Assembly: GCA_021802705.1 (NCBI GenBank)
Contig: JAJZRL010000001.1
Span: 84,379-148,378, forward strand
Length of the DNA stretch: 64,000 nt
Direction: 5' to 3'
DNA from: a bacterium
Lineage (GTDB): Bacteria > Patescibacteriota > Minisyncoccia > Phycocordibacterales > Phycocordibacteraceae
Shown: piece by piece, positions 9,708-18,668 of the stretch
Position numbering within the stretch: position 1 is the first letter of the stretch
Layout of the letters: each line of letters begins with the position of its first letter
Notes under the pieces: model-generated
Database searches by the model: none
What the model saw: the letters and a program-made list of their open reading frames with translations, nothing else
Told to the model about the DNA's origin: nothing
Program-made: the position numbers and the translations under genes

Positions 9708-10631
9708 ATGCATGACCTCATCATTATTGGCGGCGGCCCTGCGGGGATCGCAGCGGGCGTTTACGCGGCGCGCAAGCGCTTGAAAGCTGTTCTCATCACG
9801 GAAGAAATCGGCGGGCAATCGACCGTCTCGGACGGTATTGAAAACTGGATCGGCACGACAAAGATAAGCGGCACAGATCTCGCGAAATCGTTCGCGGACC
9901 ACCTCGATGCCGTGAGGGACGATGTTATAACGCTTGTCGCGGGCGAACGGATCACCTCGCTTGAGAAAAGCAAAGACGGCTTCCTGGCAAGGACGAAGAC
10001 CGGCAAAGAATTCTCCGCGAGAGCCGCGCTCATCGCCTCAGGAGCGAGCAGGCGGAAACTGGACATTCCCGGAGCGGAAAGATTCGAGCACAAGGGCGTC
10101 ACGTACTGCGCGTCCTGCGACGGCCCTCTTTTCGCCGATCAGGATGTCGCGGTCGTCGGCGGCGGTAATGCCGGCTTTGAAACGGCGCTGCAGCTCCTTG
10201 CGTATGCGAAATCCGTAACGCTCTTCCACCGGCATAAGGAGTTCAAGGCTGATCCGGTAACGATCGAGAAGGCATGCGCGCATCAGAACATGCATGTCGT
10301 AAGGCACGCCGAACCGCTCGAAGTCAAAGGAGACCAGTTCGTAACCGGCCTCACGTACAAAGACAAGGATTCAGGCGAAACGAAGAGCCTCGCCGTCTCC
10401 GGCATATTCGTCGAAGCCGGCGTCATCCCGAATACGGAATTCGCCTCCGGACTCGTCGAACTCGATGCGGTGGGACGCATCAAGACCGATCCCCGAAACC
10501 AGCGCACGAACACCGAGGGCGTTTGGGCGGCTGGCGACTGCACTGACGAGCTTTATCACCAAAATAACATCGCCGCCGGCGATGGCGTGAAGGCGCTCGA
10601 GGATATCTACCTCTGGGTCAAGAAGCGTTAG
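9708..10631 (+). CDS. trxB: thioredoxin-disulfide reductase
   Basis: An FAD-binding GGGPAG motif, the redox-active CASCDG motif and the NADPH-binding GGGNAG motif are all present. Confidence 0.9.
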   Translation: MHDLIIIGGGPAGIAAGVYAARKRLKAVLITEEIGGQSTVSDGIENWIGTTKISGTDLAKSFADHLDAVRDDVITLVAGERITSLEKSKDGFLARTKTGKEFSARAALIASGASRRKLDIPGAERFEHKGVTYCASCDGPLFADQDVAVVGGGNAGFETALQLLAYAKSVTLFHRHKEFKADPVTIEKACAHQNMHVVRHAEPLEVKGDQFVTGLTYKDKDSGETKSLAVSGIFVEAGVIPNTEFASGLVELDAVGRIKTDPRNQRTNTEGVWAAGDCTDELYHQNNIAAGDGVKALEDIYLWVKKR

Positions 10632-10655
10632 TCTCCACGGGTCTGCCCGCCTGTT

Positions 10656-11519
10656 TTAAGGCTGTTGCGCGGGTCCGACGATAAAACGCACGGAATAATC
10701 CGGCTCGACGGTTAAGTCGATTTCTCCATGGCCGTCAAATTCATAGTAATACGACCAGCAGCCCGGGTTTTCGTGCGCCGGAAACGCTTCGCCATAAGGT
10801 CCGGCGTTTGAAACCCAGCCGGCCGTCGCATTGCCGTTGATGGTTTTGAACCGGAGATTGTGCTCTTTGTCCGGGTAGACATCCTTAGGGAGGTTGATAA
10901 AGAGCCGGGTCGTTTCGGGCACCTCCTGCGTCGAACCGTTCGGGATGCCGCCGCAAAGAAGGATTTTCCCGTTATCGGACATGGCGGTCATAAGCGGAAG
11001 GGGCTCCAAAGGGCGGCCTTGCAAAATAGCATCGACTTCCTCGTAACCGGATGGGAAAGCGTAATTGTAACGCGCAGGGAGCGCAAAGACGTACTGAGCA
11101 TTGTAGCCGAGCCGGGTAGGGTTTATGGGTGCCGCACCGATGTGGAATTCGCCGCGCAAAAGCGCATCCCACTGCGTCAGCGTGAAAACCATGATCGGAA
11201 TATCTTGAGAGGGCTTTTGGGCGGTCCATTTTGGGTTTCTGATCGAAATCAGGGGTCCGTGCTCCGTGGGCACGTCGCCCCGGGCGGCAATCGAGTACCC
11301 GTCCCACGTACTCATGATGATGGAGTAACCGCTCCAATCCTGCGGCAGAGAGAATTTGAATCCATACTGGCTATTCACATATTCGACAGAAGTTTGAACA
11401 GGAGGAGGTTGTGCGCTTCCTGTCGCGTGTTCATTCTTATTTAAAAACCACGCATATCCGATGGCGGCTATTGCCAACAGTACGACTGAAAAAATTAAGA
11501 GTTTTCTGTTCATGATCAA
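10656..11519 (-). CDS. hypothetical secreted or membrane-anchored protein
   Basis: An N-terminal signal-anchor (MIMNRKLLIFSVVLLAIAAIGYAWF) is present. No family was recognised. Confidence 0.55.
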   Translation of the reverse strand: MIMNRKLLIFSVVLLAIAAIGYAWFLNKNEHATGSAQPPPVQTSVEYVNSQYGFKFSLPQDWSGYSIIMSTWDGYSIAARGDVPTEHGPLISIRNPKWTAQKPSQDIPIMVFTLTQWDALLRGEFHIGAAPINPTRLGYNAQYVFALPARYNYAFPSGYEEVDAILQGRPLEPLPLMTAMSDNGKILLCGGIPNGSTQEVPETTRLFINLPKDVYPDKEHNLRFKTINGNATAGWVSNAGPYGEAFPAHENPGCWSYYYEFDGHGEIDLTVEPDYSVRFIVGPAQQP

Positions 11520-11630
11520 AAGTTTGTCTTGTCTTTACCAGCGCATGCATGAATGGTACCAGATTGAAGAAATGATAGTTTTCGCCGATTGATAGATGAG
11601 TTAGAATAACCAGAATCTTCGGAGTTTCAA

Positions 11631-12005
11631 ATGAAAATGGATACAAAAAGAAAAAAAGAAATCGAAGAAATTGAGCAATCCTACAAGACTCCCATGGACA
11701 ACACCTTGCGCGGGTTTCTGGATTTCATCCGTGAACAGGGCGTCGTCGGGCTCGCGATCGGATTCCTCTTTGGCGGCGCGGTGTCCAAGGTCGTCGCAGC
11801 TCTGGTGACGGACATCATTAACCCGCTTCTCTCCTTTGCGATGGGATCGGCAAACGGGCTCAAACAGGCATACATCCCGCTTGGCGGCGCGAAAATCATG
11901 TGGGGAGATTTCCTCTCGGTCCTTATCGACTTTCTCATCATCGCGATCATCATCTACTTCGGCTTCAAGGGGCTCGGCCTCGACCGGCTAGAAAAGAAGG
12001 AGTGA
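11631..12005 (+). CDS. mscL: large-conductance mechanosensitive channel
   Basis: ...FLDFIREQGVVGLAIGFLFGGAVSKVVAALVTDIINPLL... followed by a second TM helix and a charged tail is a clear MscL architecture. Confidence 0.9.
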   Translation: MKMDTKRKKEIEEIEQSYKTPMDNTLRGFLDFIREQGVVGLAIGFLFGGAVSKVVAALVTDIINPLLSFAMGSANGLKQAYIPLGGAKIMWGDFLSVLIDFLIIAIIIYFGFKGLGLDRLEKKE

Positions 12006-12252
12006 AAGATGTTCCTGGGGTCTTAAAGGAGCGTTTTCTATTCCTCCGCAAACCAATACTCAAACTCGTACTGATGCTCTTTGCCGATGACGGTGATTTT
12101 CATTTCGCCCTCCGTCGTCACGAAAGGGGCCCCGAGTCTGCCCGATACTTTCTTCTAAGGGCGGGAGTCCCCAGACTCGAGCTATTCGGGCCTGCCGATA
12201 AAACCGCCTCACCGTGTCGATATAACGACACATTCGATAAAAAAGTCTAGCT

Positions 12253-12339
12253 GCGGAGAGGGTGGGATTCGAACCCACGGTCCAGTTACCCGGACGCCGC
12301 ATTTCGAGTGCGGTGCCTTCGACCACTCAGCCACCTCTC
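12253..12339 (-). tRNA. tRNA-Ser (anticodon CGA), long variable arm
   Basis: The reverse complement GGAGAGGTGGCTGAGTGGTCGAAGGCACCGCACTCGAAATGCGGCGTCCGGGTAACTGGACCGTGGGTTCGAATCCCACCCTCTCCG folds as a cloverleaf with a long variable arm. The anticodon loop is CTCGAAA. No CCA is encoded. Confidence 0.85.
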
Positions 12340-12398
12340 CTGACTCCGAAACCTTACCATTTTTGAAATCGTCGCGGAAGGTGATAGATTTCATAGAC

Positions 12399-12470
12399 GG
12401 CCCTATCGTCTAACGGTTAGGACAGCGCCCTTTCACGGCGTAAATCGGGGTTCGATTCCCCGTAGGGTCA
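12399..12470 (+). tRNA. tRNA-Glu (anticodon TTC)
   Basis: GGCCCTATCGTCTAACGGTTAGGACAGCGCCCTTTCACGGCGTAAATCGGGGTTCGATTCCCCGTAGGGTCA has acceptor GGCCCTA/TAGGGTC and an anticodon stem GCGCC/GGCGT with loop CTTTCAC. Confidence 0.85.
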
Positions 12471-12559
12471 CAAATTGAAACTTATGCCGGATTGAGTGCG
12501 GCGGAGCCGCGCCGAGCGCGTGGTGGCTTGAACCCGAAGCGTACGCCCCGACCTCCCAA

Positions 12560-12649
12560 ACGCGCCTCGGCCGCGCTCGCTCCGCTCGCGCGGCAAACCC
12601 AAAAATTTCCTTGCCATTTTGTGCGGCTCCTCCCCCGACCCCTCCGCCG
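12560..12649. repeat. left arm of a ~90-bp imperfect inverted repeat (IR-L)
   Basis: acgcgcctcggccgcgctcgctccgctcgcgcggcaaacccaaaaatttccttgccattttgtgcggctcctcccccgacccctccgccg matches the reverse complement of 14646-14733 at roughly 90% identity. The alignment was done by hand. Confidence 0.8.
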
Positions 12650-12753
12650 AAAGGCAAAAAGAAGGAAAGGAAATTTTTTGGTTTGCTCCGCCGCTTCGAA
12701 TGTTCATTGAATATTAAGAATCGTTACGATAGTTTCGATGTTGTAAGTCTGTT

Positions 12754-13383
12754 ATGATGATACATATGCAACAGAAGACAATTCTCGGAGCAGTAATTGT
12801 TGTCGTGCTCGTCGCGGGCGGTGTTGTGGCGTGGAATTTTACCGCTACGTCTGGAGTACCTACAACAACCGAATCTCCAACTAGCTCGACCACGGCGTCA
12901 AATAATGTGACTCAGCCTGAATGGAAATCATATACTGACTCCACTACCGGATTCACGTTCAAATATCCAGCACAGTATGTAGTGGAAGCATCACCACTTC
13001 CGCCAGGTGACTGGGGATCACGAAGACTGCTCATGGTAGATGACAATCCAGATTCTACATCGACCAAAGCACGTGCACTTCCCATGACCGTTGACTTGCA
13101 AAAGCAACCTGTAACTGCGGACGGAAAGATATATCACACTATCGCCGAATATCAACAGAGCGGTGCTGCGGCGGAAATGATGCAGGGAGTGACGAATCCA
13201 AACGGCAACATCGTATCAGTCAATGGTACACAAACGCTCCTCTATCATATTCCGCCGGCAGACTCGACTGGGATTGGAGGTGATTCGTATCTCTTTATTC
13301 ACAATGATCTTATTTACCAAGTGGGTATCAATCCGGACAATCCGTTAGCGATTCAGATGCTGAACAGCATCAACTGGCAGTAA
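12754..13383 (+). CDS. hypothetical secreted protein (signal-anchor plus Thr/Ser-rich linker)
   Basis: MMIHMQQKTILGAVIVVVLVAGGVVAWNF is followed by TTTESPTSSTTASNN. G+C is lower than the backbone. No family was recognised. Confidence 0.6.
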   Translation: MMIHMQQKTILGAVIVVVLVAGGVVAWNFTATSGVPTTTESPTSSTTASNNVTQPEWKSYTDSTTGFTFKYPAQYVVEASPLPPGDWGSRRLLMVDDNPDSTSTKARALPMTVDLQKQPVTADGKIYHTIAEYQQSGAAAEMMQGVTNPNGNIVSVNGTQTLLYHIPPADSTGIGGDSYLFIHNDLIYQVGINPDNPLAIQMLNSINWQ

Positions 13384-13420
13384 ATAAAAAAACCCCACGC
13401 CGATAGACGTGGGGTTGCTC
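13384..13420. terminator. bidirectional intrinsic terminator between convergent genes
   Basis: The sequence aaaaaaaCCCCACGccgatagaCGTGGGGtt has a 7-bp GC stem, an A-run upstream on the plus strand, and a T-run on the minus strand downstream of the M23 gene. Confidence 0.6.
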
Positions 13421-13448
13421 AAACAGAGCGGTTAGGAAAAGTGCCTTG

Positions 13449-14306
13449 TTATTTCCAGAGGTTTGCAGGAGTGACGACTGACGCGCTGTAGAGCGGATCG
13501 GTGCCACCACCGACCCAGCCATACGGATCGACGATCGGGTAGGCTTCCGGCCCAATGGATGTTGGGATATAGCGCACCTCGAAGTGCAGATGTGCGGGGA
13601 GTGAGCAGCCAGTTCCGCAACGACCACCGACCGTTCCGATGTACTGGCCAGCAGTGATGCTTTGACCAGGCGTGACGGAAATCATCGTATCCAGGTGCAG
13701 ATACTGGTAGAAGTAGTTATGACCACCAGTAGCGACCGTGGGCCGGATGGCGAGCGCACCCCAACTTGCGCAGCTTCCGCTTCCGGTATTGCCGAGATAG
13801 CAGATTGTGCTGATCACGGTTCCGTCGGCGGCGGCATACACCGGAGTCCCGAGCGACGCTTTGTAGTCATAGCCCGGATGTTCGTCGTAAGACGAATAGC
13901 CCGAGCCGCAGCCGTTGTCGTTCGTCATCCGTTTCGATGGGTCCCAATCGGGGTGAAGATAAATCGTGCCGCCGATGCAGGTGTTATCACTGCTTTTCGG
14001 TGTGCCGCTGACGCTCTCTCCATTGAACGCGATGATTTTTCCGTCTCCACCACCGCTGCTCAGTGTCCCGTAGGGATAGTAGCTGTTCGCGGGGTTGATT
14101 TTCATCGAGTGATCGAGCACCGAATTCATTGCGTTGGCGCTGTATGCGCCTTCCACCGTGTAGTCGATACTCCCTGAAGGACACACCCCGCCCACAAGAG
14201 GGTCTGAGCACTTGAGTGGAAACTGGAGAAATCCGGCAAATGCTGGAGTTGACCCCAGACCGAAAACAAGCAGCATTGCTGCCAAGACATTACGTAACAA
14301 GTTCAC
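13449..14306 (-). CDS. secreted M23-family metallopeptidase (LytM/lysostaphin-type peptidoglycan hydrolase)
   Basis: A signal peptide (MNLLRNVLAAMLLVFGLGSTPAFA) is present, and the M23 catalytic motifs HPGYDY (HxxxD) and HLHFEV (HxH) are in the expected order. Confidence 0.85.
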   Translation of the reverse strand: MNLLRNVLAAMLLVFGLGSTPAFAGFLQFPLKCSDPLVGGVCPSGSIDYTVEGAYSANAMNSVLDHSMKINPANSYYPYGTLSSGGGDGKIIAFNGESVSGTPKSSDNTCIGGTIYLHPDWDPSKRMTNDNGCGSGYSSYDEHPGYDYKASLGTPVYAAADGTVISTICYLGNTGSGSCASWGALAIRPTVATGGHNYFYQYLHLDTMISVTPGQSITAGQYIGTVGGRCGTGCSLPAHLHFEVRYIPTSIGPEAYPIVDPYGWVGGGTDPLYSASVVTPANLWK

Positions 14307-14645
14307 TTCTGTCTCCTTTTGCTAGAAAGAACAAATCGCACGCAGTAGTGCGATATCGGCAATCCCGCCGATATTTTCACCCCACCACATGAATCCTATA
14401 TGCCTCGCGTGGATAAGCATTTAATCAACTCGACCGAAGCCGCCAAGCGAGCGCGGCACGCACCGAGCAGGCCGCGCGAACGGATGTGAGCGGCCAGTGC
14501 GAGGTGCGGAACGATGCGAGCGGACGCTACCTTACCACGCGACCCCGAAGCAGGAGCGCCCCGGCCGCCGCGAAGCCGGAAAAGCGAAGGGGTTTGAGAG
14601 CATGTGAACACTTGCGACCTTAACCCGAGCTTTGAGAGGCTGAAG

Positions 14646-14733
14646 CGGCGGAGGGGTCGGGGGAGGAGCCGCACAAGATGCAAGGAAATTTTTGGGTTTG
14701 CGGCGCGAGCGGCGCGAGCGCGCCGGGGCGCGT
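14646..14733. repeat. right arm of the inverted repeat (IR-R)
   Basis: cggcggaggggtcgggggaggagccgcacaagatgcaaggaaatttttgggtttgcggcgcgagcggcgcgagcgcgccggggcgcgt is the reverse complement of IR-L with a few mismatches. Confidence 0.8.
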
Positions 14734-14824
14734 GTTAGTCCGATCGGCTGAAGTAGGTTCGCGCGAAGTTGGCTATTTCATCACACTTCAGATTACGGTC
14801 GCATCGTGGTAAGATGCCGGCACT

Positions 14825-14897
14825 GCGCGGTTAGCTCAGTTGGTAGAGCACTTCCTTGACGTGGATGGGGTCAGGGGTTCGAGTCCCTTACCGCGCA
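14825..14897 (+). tRNA. tRNA-Val (anticodon GAC)
   Basis: GCGCGGTTAGCTCAGTTGGTAGAGCACTTCCTTGACGTGGATGGGGTCAGGGGTTCGAGTCCCTTACCGCGCA has acceptor GCGCGGT/ACCGCGC, anticodon loop TTGACGT and a TTCGAGT T-loop. There is one T:T mismatch in the anticodon stem. Confidence 0.8.
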
Positions 14898-14899
14898 CA

Positions 14900-15718
14900 A
14901 TGCAGGAACGATACGGCACGCATATCCGAAAAAAGCGGATCGGGAGGAAACCTTCTTCTTCGAAGGTATACGTTTACGGCCGGCACGCTCTCATGGAAGC
15001 GCTCCGAAGCGATACGCTGAGCGAAAGCGCGCGAGCAAAACTTATCCGCAAGGTCTTTCTCGCGCCGGAAGCACGGGACAAAGAGCTGCAGACGCTCCTC
15101 GAAAAGAACGCGATACCGACCGCCGCGCTCGCGGGCGGAAAAGGAAAAGAGCTCGCGGGAAGAGACGCGGTGCATCAGGGCGTCATCGCTTCCATAGATC
15201 CGTCGGCGCTCTTCCTACCGCTCGATGACTTCTTGTCATCGCTCGACATGAAGAGAAATCCCGCGATAGCGGTTCTTGGCGAGCTGCAGGACCCCCACAA
15301 CGTGGGCGCCGTTATCCGTTCGGCTGCCGCCTTCGGCCTCGCCGGCGTCCTGATTCCCGAACACAATCAGGCCCCTATCACGGGAGCGGTGGTAAAAAGC
15401 TCTTCCGGCATGACATTCCGGATCCCGCTGGTCTCGATACGCAACGTCAACCATGCGCTCAAGGTGCTCAAGACGAAGGGTTTCTGGACGTACGGCCTCT
15501 CGATGCAGGGGAAGACCGCGCTTGGCGCGGAGACGTTCGATACGCCAAGCGCGTTCGTGATCGGTAACGAAGGTTCCGGGATCCGGGAAAAGACGCTCGA
15601 AGCCTGCGACATCACGCTTTCCATTCCTATGCATCCGCGAACGGAATCCCTCAACGCTGCCGTGTCAGCGGCGATCGTCTTTTATGAGTGGTCGCGCAAG
15701 CATCCGGACGCGCTATGA
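14900..15718 (+). CDS. rlmB: 23S rRNA (guanosine-2'-O)-methyltransferase, SpoU/TrmH family (RlmB-like)
   Basis: The SpoU motifs ...LGELQDPHNVGAVIRSAAAFG..., ...FVIGNEGSGI... and ...SLNAAVSAAIVFYE are present. The ORF-track start at 14840 overlaps tRNA-Val, so the first ATG after the tRNA (14900) was used. Confidence 0.8.
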   Translation: MQERYGTHIRKKRIGRKPSSSKVYVYGRHALMEALRSDTLSESARAKLIRKVFLAPEARDKELQTLLEKNAIPTAALAGGKGKELAGRDAVHQGVIASIDPSALFLPLDDFLSSLDMKRNPAIAVLGELQDPHNVGAVIRSAAAFGLAGVLIPEHNQAPITGAVVKSSSGMTFRIPLVSIRNVNHALKVLKTKGFWTYGLSMQGKTALGAETFDTPSAFVIGNEGSGIREKTLEACDITLSIPMHPRTESLNAAVSAAIVFYEWSRKHPDAL

Positions 15719-16581
15719 GACACGACCGGCACCTCGTATCCTCATCGTGGGATAGCTACGAGCTTCTCGACTCGGGAGATTCCTTGAAGCTCGAACGCTT
15801 CGGCGAAATCATCGTGGCGCGACCGGAAACCCAGGCGCTCTGGGAAAAACGGCAGTCGCACGCATGGGAAAAAGCAAACGCGACGTTTTCGTTCATCGAT
15901 AAGAAAGGTTCATGGGAAAAGAGGAGTGTGCTACCCGAGTCATGGGAGCTCTCGTGGGGCGCCGCGCGCTTCCTCGCGCGCCTCGCCGGATTCAAGCATA
16001 CCGGCGTATTCCCGGAACAGGCGCCGAACTGGGAATGGATAAGAACCGCTGTCGGAAAGAAAAAGGAACCGGACATCCTCAATCTCTTCGGGTATACCGG
16101 AATCGCTTCCGTCGTTGCGGCGCTTGCCGGCGGATTCGTCACGCATGTCGACGCCTCCAAGCAATCGCTCGACTGGGCGCGCGAGAACGCCCGGCTTTCG
16201 AATGTTCCGGAAAATGCGATCCGCTGGATGCACGACGATGCTATCGCTTTCGTGAAGCGGGAGGCTCGCCGTAAGGCGCGGTATGACGGCGTCATTCTCG
16301 ATCCGCCCGCTTTCGGCCGCGGAGCAAAGGGCGAGGTGTGGAAGATCGAGAAAGGGCTCCCAACGCTCCTCGAAGCATTGGCGCCGCTCCTCAAGGAAGA
16401 ACGGGGTTCGTTCTTCCTTATGAGCGGTTATGCCGCAGGCTATGCGCCCCGCTCGTTCGCGCAGGCGGTCGAGGATATCTTCGGGGATGTCGAGAGCGGC
16501 GAGAGCGGCGAGCTCCACATAAAAGAGGCGCGTTCCGAGCGCGTCATTCCTGCCGGAATCTACGTGCGATTCATGCGGTAG
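15715..16581 (+). CDS. class I SAM-dependent rRNA methyltransferase (RlmI/RlmK-like catalytic domain)
   Basis: ...ILNLFGYTGIASVVAALAGGFVTHVDASKQSLDWARENARLSN...VILDPPAFGRG.... The ATGA overlap with the rlmB stop suggests translational coupling. Confidence 0.7.
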   Translation: MRHDRHLVSSSWDSYELLDSGDSLKLERFGEIIVARPETQALWEKRQSHAWEKANATFSFIDKKGSWEKRSVLPESWELSWGAARFLARLAGFKHTGVFPEQAPNWEWIRTAVGKKKEPDILNLFGYTGIASVVAALAGGFVTHVDASKQSLDWARENARLSNVPENAIRWMHDDAIAFVKREARRKARYDGVILDPPAFGRGAKGEVWKIEKGLPTLLEALAPLLKEERGSFFLMSGYAAGYAPRSFAQAVEDIFGDVESGESGELHIKEARSERVIPAGIYVRFMR

Positions 16582-16590
16582 ACTAGAAGC

Positions 16591-17445
16591 ATGCACGAAC
16601 GCCACATAGCGGTGCTCTATCACAGCAAATGCCCCGACGGCTTCGGCGGCGCGTATGCCGCATGGAAAAAGTTCGGCGATGCTGCCGAATATATCCCGGT
16701 CGACCACGGCGATCCGCCGCCCGAAGGGCTTGATGGCCGCGAGGTATACCTTGTCGATTTCTGCTATGCAACCGCCGAACAGATGAAAGCGCTCGTAAAA
16801 ATGACGGGACGTCTTGTCGTGCTCGATCATCATCAAGGCAGCAAAGAACTCGTCGAGAGCGTACCGGAGCATATTTACGATGCGAGCCGTTCCGGCGCGA
16901 CCATCGCATGGGTCTATTTCCATCCTGACGCGCCCACCCCCCGCCTCTTGCAGTACATCGAAGATGGCGATCTCTACCGCTTCGCGCTCGCAGAAACCCG
17001 CGACATATTCTCGTACCTGCTTGTCCTCCCATTCGATTTCGCGGCATGGGACGGTCTTGCAAGCAAGCTCGATAGCGACGCGGAACGGAACGGCGTCTTG
17101 CAAAAAGCAGGGGCGTACACCGAATATTTCGAAGCGCTCGCGAACCTGTCGATCAAGCAGGCGAAGAAAGTCCGTTTCGAGGGTTATGAGGTTCTTTTTA
17201 CTGCGACGCATCCGAACATCACGATGCGCTCTTACGTCGGGCACGAGTTGTACGTAAAATTGCCGCCGTTTTCGATGGTCGTGACCGCGCATCCGAACGG
17301 GTACGGCGTCTCGCTCCGAGGAGACAGCACGGTAATAAACGTAGCTGAAATCGCACAAAGATACGGCGGCGGCGGACATCCCGGCTCCGCAGGATTCTTC
17401 CTCCCGAACGGTTCCGCGATACCGTGGGTAGAGATCGATGATTGA
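16591..17445 (+). CDS. nrnA: DHH-family phosphoesterase (NrnA-like nanoRNase / pAp phosphatase)
   Basis: The DHH motif (VVLDHHQGS) and the DHHA1 GGGH motif (RYGGGGHPGSAGF) are present. Confidence 0.75.
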   Translation: MHERHIAVLYHSKCPDGFGGAYAAWKKFGDAAEYIPVDHGDPPPEGLDGREVYLVDFCYATAEQMKALVKMTGRLVVLDHHQGSKELVESVPEHIYDASRSGATIAWVYFHPDAPTPRLLQYIEDGDLYRFALAETRDIFSYLLVLPFDFAAWDGLASKLDSDAERNGVLQKAGAYTEYFEALANLSIKQAKKVRFEGYEVLFTATHPNITMRSYVGHELYVKLPPFSMVVTAHPNGYGVSLRGDSTVINVAEIAQRYGGGGHPGSAGFFLPNGSAIPWVEIDD

Positions 17446-17451
17446 CGCGCC

Positions 17452-18639
17452 ATGAAGATACTCGCTATCGAAACCTCTTGCGACGAGACGGGGATCGCGG
17501 TCGTCGAAGCCGCAGGCGACGAGCGTGCCGCGAATTTCGCCGTCCTCGGAAACGCCCTCCTCTCGCAGATAGATATCCACAAGGAATACGGCGGCGTCTT
17601 CCCCGCTCTTGCGAAACGCGAACACGCGAAAAACCTCGTCCCTATCCTCGAAGCGGCTCTTGAGGAAGCTGAACTCCTCCGCGAGGACACGCAAGCGCTA
17701 TCCGAAGAGACGCGCGCCGCAATCGGCTCGATCCTTGCGCGCGAACCCGGCCTGACCGAAGCATTTTTCGAATTCGTTTCCGAATGCGAACCGCCCGCGA
17801 TTGATACGATCGCCGTCACGGCAGGCCCGGGACTCGAGCCGGCGCTATGGGTCGGTATCAATTTCGCGCGGGCGCTCGCGCGGGCGTGGAACAAGCCGAT
17901 CATCGCGGTAAACCACATGGAGGGCCATATCATGGCCGCTCTCGCGCAAGGGGAGGATAGCCGTCGCATCGCCATTGACGATGTCGAATTCCCCGTGCTT
18001 GCCCTCCTTATCTCGGGAGGACACACCGAACTCGTCCTCATGAAAGAGTGGCTCGTTTACGAACGGATCGGGCAAACCCGCGACGACGCCGTCGGAGAAG
18101 CGTTCGATAAGGTCGCCCGCATGCTCGACCTCCCCTACCCCGGAGGGCCGGAAATATCGCGCCTCGCCGAATCCCTCCGTTCCTCGTCACTTGGCGGTGA
18201 AACCGCCAAGTACACGTTGCCGCGGCCGATGATCGACTCCGACACGTGCGACTTCTCGTTTGCCGGACTCAAGACGGCCGTGCTCTATCTCCTGAAAAAC
18301 AATCCCGGGATGAGCGAAGACCAGAAGAAACATGTCGCACACGAGTTTGAAAACGCCGTCGCCGACGTGCTGTGGAAGAAGACATCCCGCGCGCTCCTTG
18401 AAACCGGCGCGCGAACGCTCGTGATCGGCGGCGGTGTCTCGGCGAACACGCACATACGACGGACCTTCACGGAAGCGGTTGCAAAGGAATGTCCGCACGT
18501 ACGTCTTCGGATCCCCTCCGCTGCGCTCACGACCGATAATGCCATCATGATCGCGCTTGCCGGCTTCTACCGCGCTTGCCGCGACGATTTCACCGAATCA
18601 GCCGCGCTTGCCGCGAGCGGGACCCGCTCGCTCGCATAA
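17452..18639 (+). CDS. tsaD: tRNA N6-adenosine threonylcarbamoyltransferase
   Basis: MKILAIETSCDETGIAVV...GGVFPALAKREHAKN... is a Kae1/TsaD hallmark. Confidence 0.9.
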   Translation: MKILAIETSCDETGIAVVEAAGDERAANFAVLGNALLSQIDIHKEYGGVFPALAKREHAKNLVPILEAALEEAELLREDTQALSEETRAAIGSILAREPGLTEAFFEFVSECEPPAIDTIAVTAGPGLEPALWVGINFARALARAWNKPIIAVNHMEGHIMAALAQGEDSRRIAIDDVEFPVLALLISGGHTELVLMKEWLVYERIGQTRDDAVGEAFDKVARMLDLPYPGGPEISRLAESLRSSSLGGETAKYTLPRPMIDSDTCDFSFAGLKTAVLYLLKNNPGMSEDQKKHVAHEFENAVADVLWKKTSRALLETGARTLVIGGGVSANTHIRRTFTEAVAKECPHVRLRIPSAALTTDNAIMIALAGFYRACRDDFTESAALAASGTRSLA

Positions 18640-18668
18640 GCGCGCTTATTTGCTATATTTCATAAACA

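Noticed and set aside
11540-11630. Promoter for mscL (TAGAAT -10-like at ~11608)
   Set aside because: No convincing -35 at proper spacing, so it is too weak to annotate.
14840-14899. N-terminal extension of the rlmB ORF
   Set aside because: It overlaps tRNA-Val on the same strand, so it was trimmed to the first ATG after the tRNA.
15940-17694. 584-aa minus-strand ORF
   Set aside because: It overlaps three well-supported + strand genes (the RlmI-like MTase, nrnA and tsaD). Its Arg/Glu/Asp-rich low-complexity product is typical of a high-G+C antisense artifact.
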